Positions 6,029 to 9,556 of a DNA stretch of 9,556 nt are shown here, in pieces. The stretch spans positions 1 through 9,556 of the forward strand of contig CAZECW010000104.1 in assembly GCA_964510585.1 (NCBI GenBank), written 5' to 3'. Origin of the DNA: an uncultured archaeon. Its GTDB lineage: Archaea > Asgardarchaeota > Jordiarchaeia > Jordiarchaeales > Jordiarchaeaceae. Made by a program: the position numbers and the translations under genes. Under the pieces are notes generated by a model. It had not been told where the DNA came from. It did not search any database and worked only from the letters and a program-made list of their open reading frames with translations. Positions within the stretch are counted from its first letter, which is position 1. Each line of letters begins with the position of its first letter.

Positions 6029-8383
6029 TTAGTGGAGTTTTAGTTGGCGGGATGGTTTTGCTGTAAACTGGCTCTCTTTTACTCCAAAATATTCAAGAAC
6101 TCTTAGTGCGGCTGAAACTATCTGTCTATCAATGTAATAATTAACATCTACTTTGCTGAAATCGGCTAAGCTGTAGGGGACTGCTCTATCAGATATGGAG
6201 CCTTCGCCCTTAATTATTACGTAACCTATTTTTGAACCCACTTCTAGGCGTCCACCAGCCTCTATTAGTTTCTTGGCTGCAACTACATGTGGCGCCTTAA
6301 CCTTATATTTATCGAGAGGTTTGGTGATTGTTTCCCAAATAACGAGTTCCTCTACAGAAACTCTGCCTTCACGTAATCTGTTTATGGTTTCATTAACAAA
6401 CTCAATCGCCTTATTTAAATCGCCCTCTCTAAGAATTATACCGAGTACTTCTTCCTGTACCGTTCTTGCAATTTCTGGCCAGTCGCCTCTTACAACCTCA
6501 AATCCTACAATATCTAATTCACCATTTTCCAAAAGGCCTGCATATTTTTTCTTAGCCTCAGTGAAGAAAACCCTCTTATACACTTTTTCAGGTTTTATTT
6601 CCAAGCTCAACCTTTGTGTTACCTCTCGACTAAAATCATCAACCCTGTCAGTATTGGTTACAAAGACGCTATCTGTATCCGCATAGATAACCTCAAGCCC
6701 ATACTGTTTGGTTAATTTTATTGTTTCCTTTATGACTTCTCTCCCCCAAGCAGATGTGCCTTCAGCCACGGGCTTAAGATACCATTTGGCGCCCAACCAG
6801 CCGCAATAACCGTAAACAGCGTTAGTCATAGTTTTAATGCTTTTTTGTCTCTCGTTCATCATAATATACTGCAACGTTTGAGGCTTCAATTTCTCCATAC
6901 TTCTCTGAATTTTTCTCCTCTCCTCTATTAATCCCTCAATAATCTTTTTGTAAAAACCGGGAGGAGACTTTCGGAAGCGATGCCCCACCTCAGGTGCAAC
7001 ATTCACCTCATCCTTGGAAACACTCTCATCCGGTGGCACATAGGTGTCGGGGGAAATGTTATACTTTATCATGAGGTTTGGATACATAGAGGCAAAATCA
7101 AAAACCGCAATGTTATCATGAATCCCTGAAACAGGCTTCAAAACATAGCCACCCGTATATGTTCCTTCACCATACCCCGCCTTGTTAGGAACAATTTCCC
7201 CCACTTGGTGCGCCTCAGTTATAAGCATATTTTCCACCCTGAACCCCACCCCAGCACGCATTACTTGGTCAAGAGGCATACCTGAAACCTGACTCATGGA
7301 AATTGCGGTTGGCAACAATTTCTCAGCCACACCCATTATGGACTCAACTTCCTGAGCCGCGTACCGCAAAAGTTGCTCTCTCAAATTCCTATCAGTCCAG
7401 TACTTAGGTATCTGCGCATAATCTATCACCACCCGAGAATCCTTAGACATCACTCCAAGGTAATCCGCAATATTCTTCAGAGTCTTAACCTTAATCTCAA
7501 CCACCGTCTCAGACATATCATAAAGATCCAAGTGAGCCCTTCCTGCAACAGAAACATGTCCATAAACACTGGGATGCGGCTCCGAGCCATCCCTACCTAA
7601 AGGAAATCCCACATGAAGCCTCTTAGTCCTACCGATAAGAAAAGGAAAATCGAAAAAGTTAGAGTCAAAACCCACAATCACATCTGGATCAAAATCGGTG
7701 ACATATTTCAAGAACTCCTCAATAGCTCCCCTATCTTCACTGTCTTCAGCAATGAATTGCTTCTTCTCACTGGGAGTAGCCGTGCTAATAATTATCACTG
7801 GGTCCTTATCCGGATTTAAGGCACCAGAGGGGCTATAAATTTCAATGTCGAATGCCATCACTCGCAGATTAGGTAAATCTAAGCGTTCCACAGGATTCAA
7901 ATCCTCAAGCAGCTTATAAACAGCATATTTACCGTTTTTCCCGGTCTCAACCTTTTGAACCTCTGCACAATACCAACTACAGGGACGAATCCTTTTATCC
8001 GCCAAGTAACGCATGTAATGCCTAATATCCGCCTCAAAGCAGTCTTTAACACCAGAACACTTCTTAAATGCTCTAACATATTTTGAAGTATAATCAAAAT
8101 TCCTAAAAACAACTTTAAGAAAATCTAAAGATTTCCCGAACAGCTTTCTTTTAACAACTTCAACCTCTAAAATGGGAGCTTCCTTAATCGAGAGATCCCT
8201 CAAAGACTCAGCAAGAGCCCCCAGATCAACCCCACTATCCGGGAGAACATATAAATACGGCTGGAAAATGTCGTCTACCACCAGAACTCTAACATCATTA
8301 TTATCGATACCCCATATCAAAACCTTAGAGACACCATTTTCAACAGTTTGACCCACATCCAAAATCCAGAACTCTAACTTCAT
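6029..8383 (-). CDS. polB: Family B DNA polymerase (archaeal PolB3-like)
   Basis: ExoI AFDIE; polymerase motifs DFASMYP, QKSIKTMTNAVYGY, YADTDS and KKKYA. Preferred start is ATG at 8383 (784 aa) rather than TTG at 8410. The PolB3 subgroup call comes from recalled similarity only. Confidence 0.95.
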   Translation of the reverse strand: MKLEFWILDVGQTVENGVSKVLIWGIDNNDVRVLVVDDIFQPYLYVLPDSGVDLGALAESLRDLSIKEAPILEVEVVKRKLFGKSLDFLKVVFRNFDYTSKYVRAFKKCSGVKDCFEADIRHYMRYLADKRIRPCSWYCAEVQKVETGKNGKYAVYKLLEDLNPVERLDLPNLRVMAFDIEIYSPSGALNPDKDPVIIISTATPSEKKQFIAEDSEDRGAIEEFLKYVTDFDPDVIVGFDSNFFDFPFLIGRTKRLHVGFPLGRDGSEPHPSVYGHVSVAGRAHLDLYDMSETVVEIKVKTLKNIADYLGVMSKDSRVVIDYAQIPKYWTDRNLREQLLRYAAQEVESIMGVAEKLLPTAISMSQVSGMPLDQVMRAGVGFRVENMLITEAHQVGEIVPNKAGYGEGTYTGGYVLKPVSGIHDNIAVFDFASMYPNLMIKYNISPDTYVPPDESVSKDEVNVAPEVGHRFRKSPPGFYKKIIEGLIEERRKIQRSMEKLKPQTLQYIMMNERQKSIKTMTNAVYGYCGWLGAKWYLKPVAEGTSAWGREVIKETIKLTKQYGLEVIYADTDSVFVTNTDRVDDFSREVTQRLSLEIKPEKVYKRVFFTEAKKKYAGLLENGELDIVGFEVVRGDWPEIARTVQEEVLGIILREGDLNKAIEFVNETINRLREGRVSVEELVIWETITKPLDKYKVKAPHVVAAKKLIEAGGRLEVGSKIGYVIIKGEGSISDRAVPYSLADFSKVDVNYYIDRQIVSAALRVLEYFGVKESQFTAKPSRQLKLH

Positions 8384-8567
8384 AAAACACCCACACCACA
8401 AGCTCCACAATTTCTAGTATAACCCAACCACCTAAAGAGCTTAACTATCAACCAAAAAATTGCCAAAAATAAAAAAGTGATAATAATCCAACAAAACGCT
8501 ACACAATGTGGCTTTGTAATGAAAAAATTTATCTTTTAAAAAGACAAACATGTACCCACAAAGTAGA

Positions 8568-8711
8568 GCTGAGGTAGCCTAGCCTGGTATGGGCGCCAGA
8601 CTCATAATCTTGTACAGAATGGGGTCAGAAAGGTACAAGAGTAGAGATCTGGAAGTCGCGAGTTCGAATCTGTCAAAACGTAAATAGACAGCGAATGTCT
8701 CGCCCTCAGCA
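8568..8711 (+). tRNA. Elongator tRNA-Met(CAT) with two introns: 37/38 (8607-8646, 40 nt) and 59/60 (8669-8697, 29 nt); CCA not encoded
   Basis: Spliced: GCTGAGG TA GCCT AGCCTGGTAT GGGC G CCAGA CTCATAA TCTGG AAGTC GCGAG TTCGAAT CTCGC CCTCAGC A. G1-C72 and no run of three G-C pairs in the anticodon stem argue against initiator. Intron stems are TCTTGTAC/GTACAAGA and CTGTC/GACAG. Ile2(CAT) is not formally excluded. Confidence 0.9.
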
Positions 8712-8822
8712 CTACTTTTACCGTTTCTTTTTAAACTGTTTATTATTTTTTAGATCCTAAGAAGTTAAAGAATTAGTGTAAAAATTGGCTTTCAGTCTCC
8801 TTTATTTTTTGAATTTAGAAGG

Positions 8823-8920
8823 TGGAGCCGCCGACGAGGATTGAACTCGTGACCACCAGATTACAAGTCTGGCGCTTTTGGCTGCTTTAATGGTGTAACT
8901 ACCTGCTGAGCTACGGCGGC
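8823..8920 (-). tRNA. tRNA-Thr(TGT) with one D-arm intron at 22/23 (8898..8877, 22 nt); CCA encoded
   Basis: Spliced: GCCGCCG TA GCTC AGCAGGTA GAGC G CCAGA CTTGTAA TCTGG TGGTC ACGAG TTCAATC CTCGT CGGCGGC T CCA. The intron position is fixed by restoring the GCTC/GAGC D-stem. Confidence 0.92.
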
Positions 8921-8946
8921 TCGCTGTTGTTGGAAAGAATATGAAG

Positions 8947-8965
8947 CTTAAATTTAAGTTTTTTT
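8947..8965 (-). promoter_or_regulatory. Probable BRE/TATA for tRNA-Thr(TGT)
   Basis: On the minus strand an A7 run precedes the perfect palindrome CTTAAATTTAAG (8947-8958), about 30-38 nt upstream of the tRNA 5' end. Confidence 0.5.
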
Positions 8966-9556
8966 ATAGCCATTTAGTAAATTGTTTGGACACAAATGAG
9001 TAAACTTTTCCTTTTAATACTTGCCAGTAACTAATATTAAAGGCATTCCTTGATGTATTAGGTAGGTTATCTGAGACGTGTCTGATGCGTAATGTTTTGA
9101 TAGATGAGTGGAAACGAAGCCAATAGTGTTCAAAGGTAAGCTTGGTGAGGCTGGGGTATATCTTGAGACTTTGAATCCGGTTTCCGCGGTCAAAAATGTA
9201 ACGGGGCACATATATTAGTAAAGGAGCTGTAAATTATCTTTAAGAGTTATTGGTATAAAACTTTTACAAGAATGGGCCTAGCCGTAAAGCCTAATGGTGT
9301 TTGCCATCTGCCAGAACGTGAGAAGTTATTTTTGTGTTTTTTATTGATTTTCAATGGGAAGCTCTGTAGACCTTCCTTCCTAATTTCAAAAAAGTTGGAT
9401 GAAATATTCATTTTAAACCGATATTTCGCAGATTCTGCGAAGCTATTTGGGCGATTGTGATTTTTCCGTGTGGTTTTGGGTGTATGGTTGCGCTTTTCTA
9501 TCAGCCCCCACCCTCATTTTCTCAAAAAATGGAATGATGGTGATAAACGCTTTGCA

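Noticed and set aside
3814-8112. Small ORFs overlapping nrdJ and polB (3814-4026, 5214-5453, 6273-6686, 7373-7600, 7613-7819, 7897-8112)
   Set aside because: Shadow or alternate-frame ORFs within well-supported genes.
3832-8383. Inteins in nrdJ or polB
   Set aside because: Both proteins have normal length and continuous motifs, with no intein or LAGLIDADG signatures.
8964-9460. Track ORFs 8964-9209, 9014-9211 and 9272-9460
   Set aside because: Short, partly mutually overlapping, with no RBS or motif support.
1-9556. CRISPR array, IS element or provirus att sites at the tRNAs
   Set aside because: No regularly spaced repeats, transposase, integrase or duplicated tRNA 3' half were seen in the window.

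Overview
Archaeal chromosomal window with no transposase, integrase or CRISPR array. It holds four housekeeping genes: a PIN-domain/VirB11-like ATPase (PINA type), rpiA, a class II B12-dependent ribonucleotide reductase with ATP cone, and a family B DNA polymerase. A probable membrane-anchored ORF is cut by the left edge. The main signal is five tRNA genes absent from the ORF track: Arg-CCT, Thr-GGT, Leu-TAA, elongator Met-CAT and Thr-TGT. Together they carry 11 bulge-helix-bulge (BHB) type introns, nine at non-canonical positions and four at 59/60. The most unusual is a 194-nt intron at 29/30 of tRNA-Arg. It has a perfectly symmetric BHB, a 25-bp terminal stem and an 11-bp direct repeat at its ends. 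If circularised it carries a 64-codon ORF that runs exactly once round the circle and closes on a TAATG stop/start overlap. The 59/60 introns of Arg and Met look homologous, suggesting intron spread between tRNA genes. A strong sawtooth G+T versus A+C strand skew flips near the tRNA loci. All analysis was by hand. Lineage (TACK/Asgard-like) is inferred only, and no database search was run.
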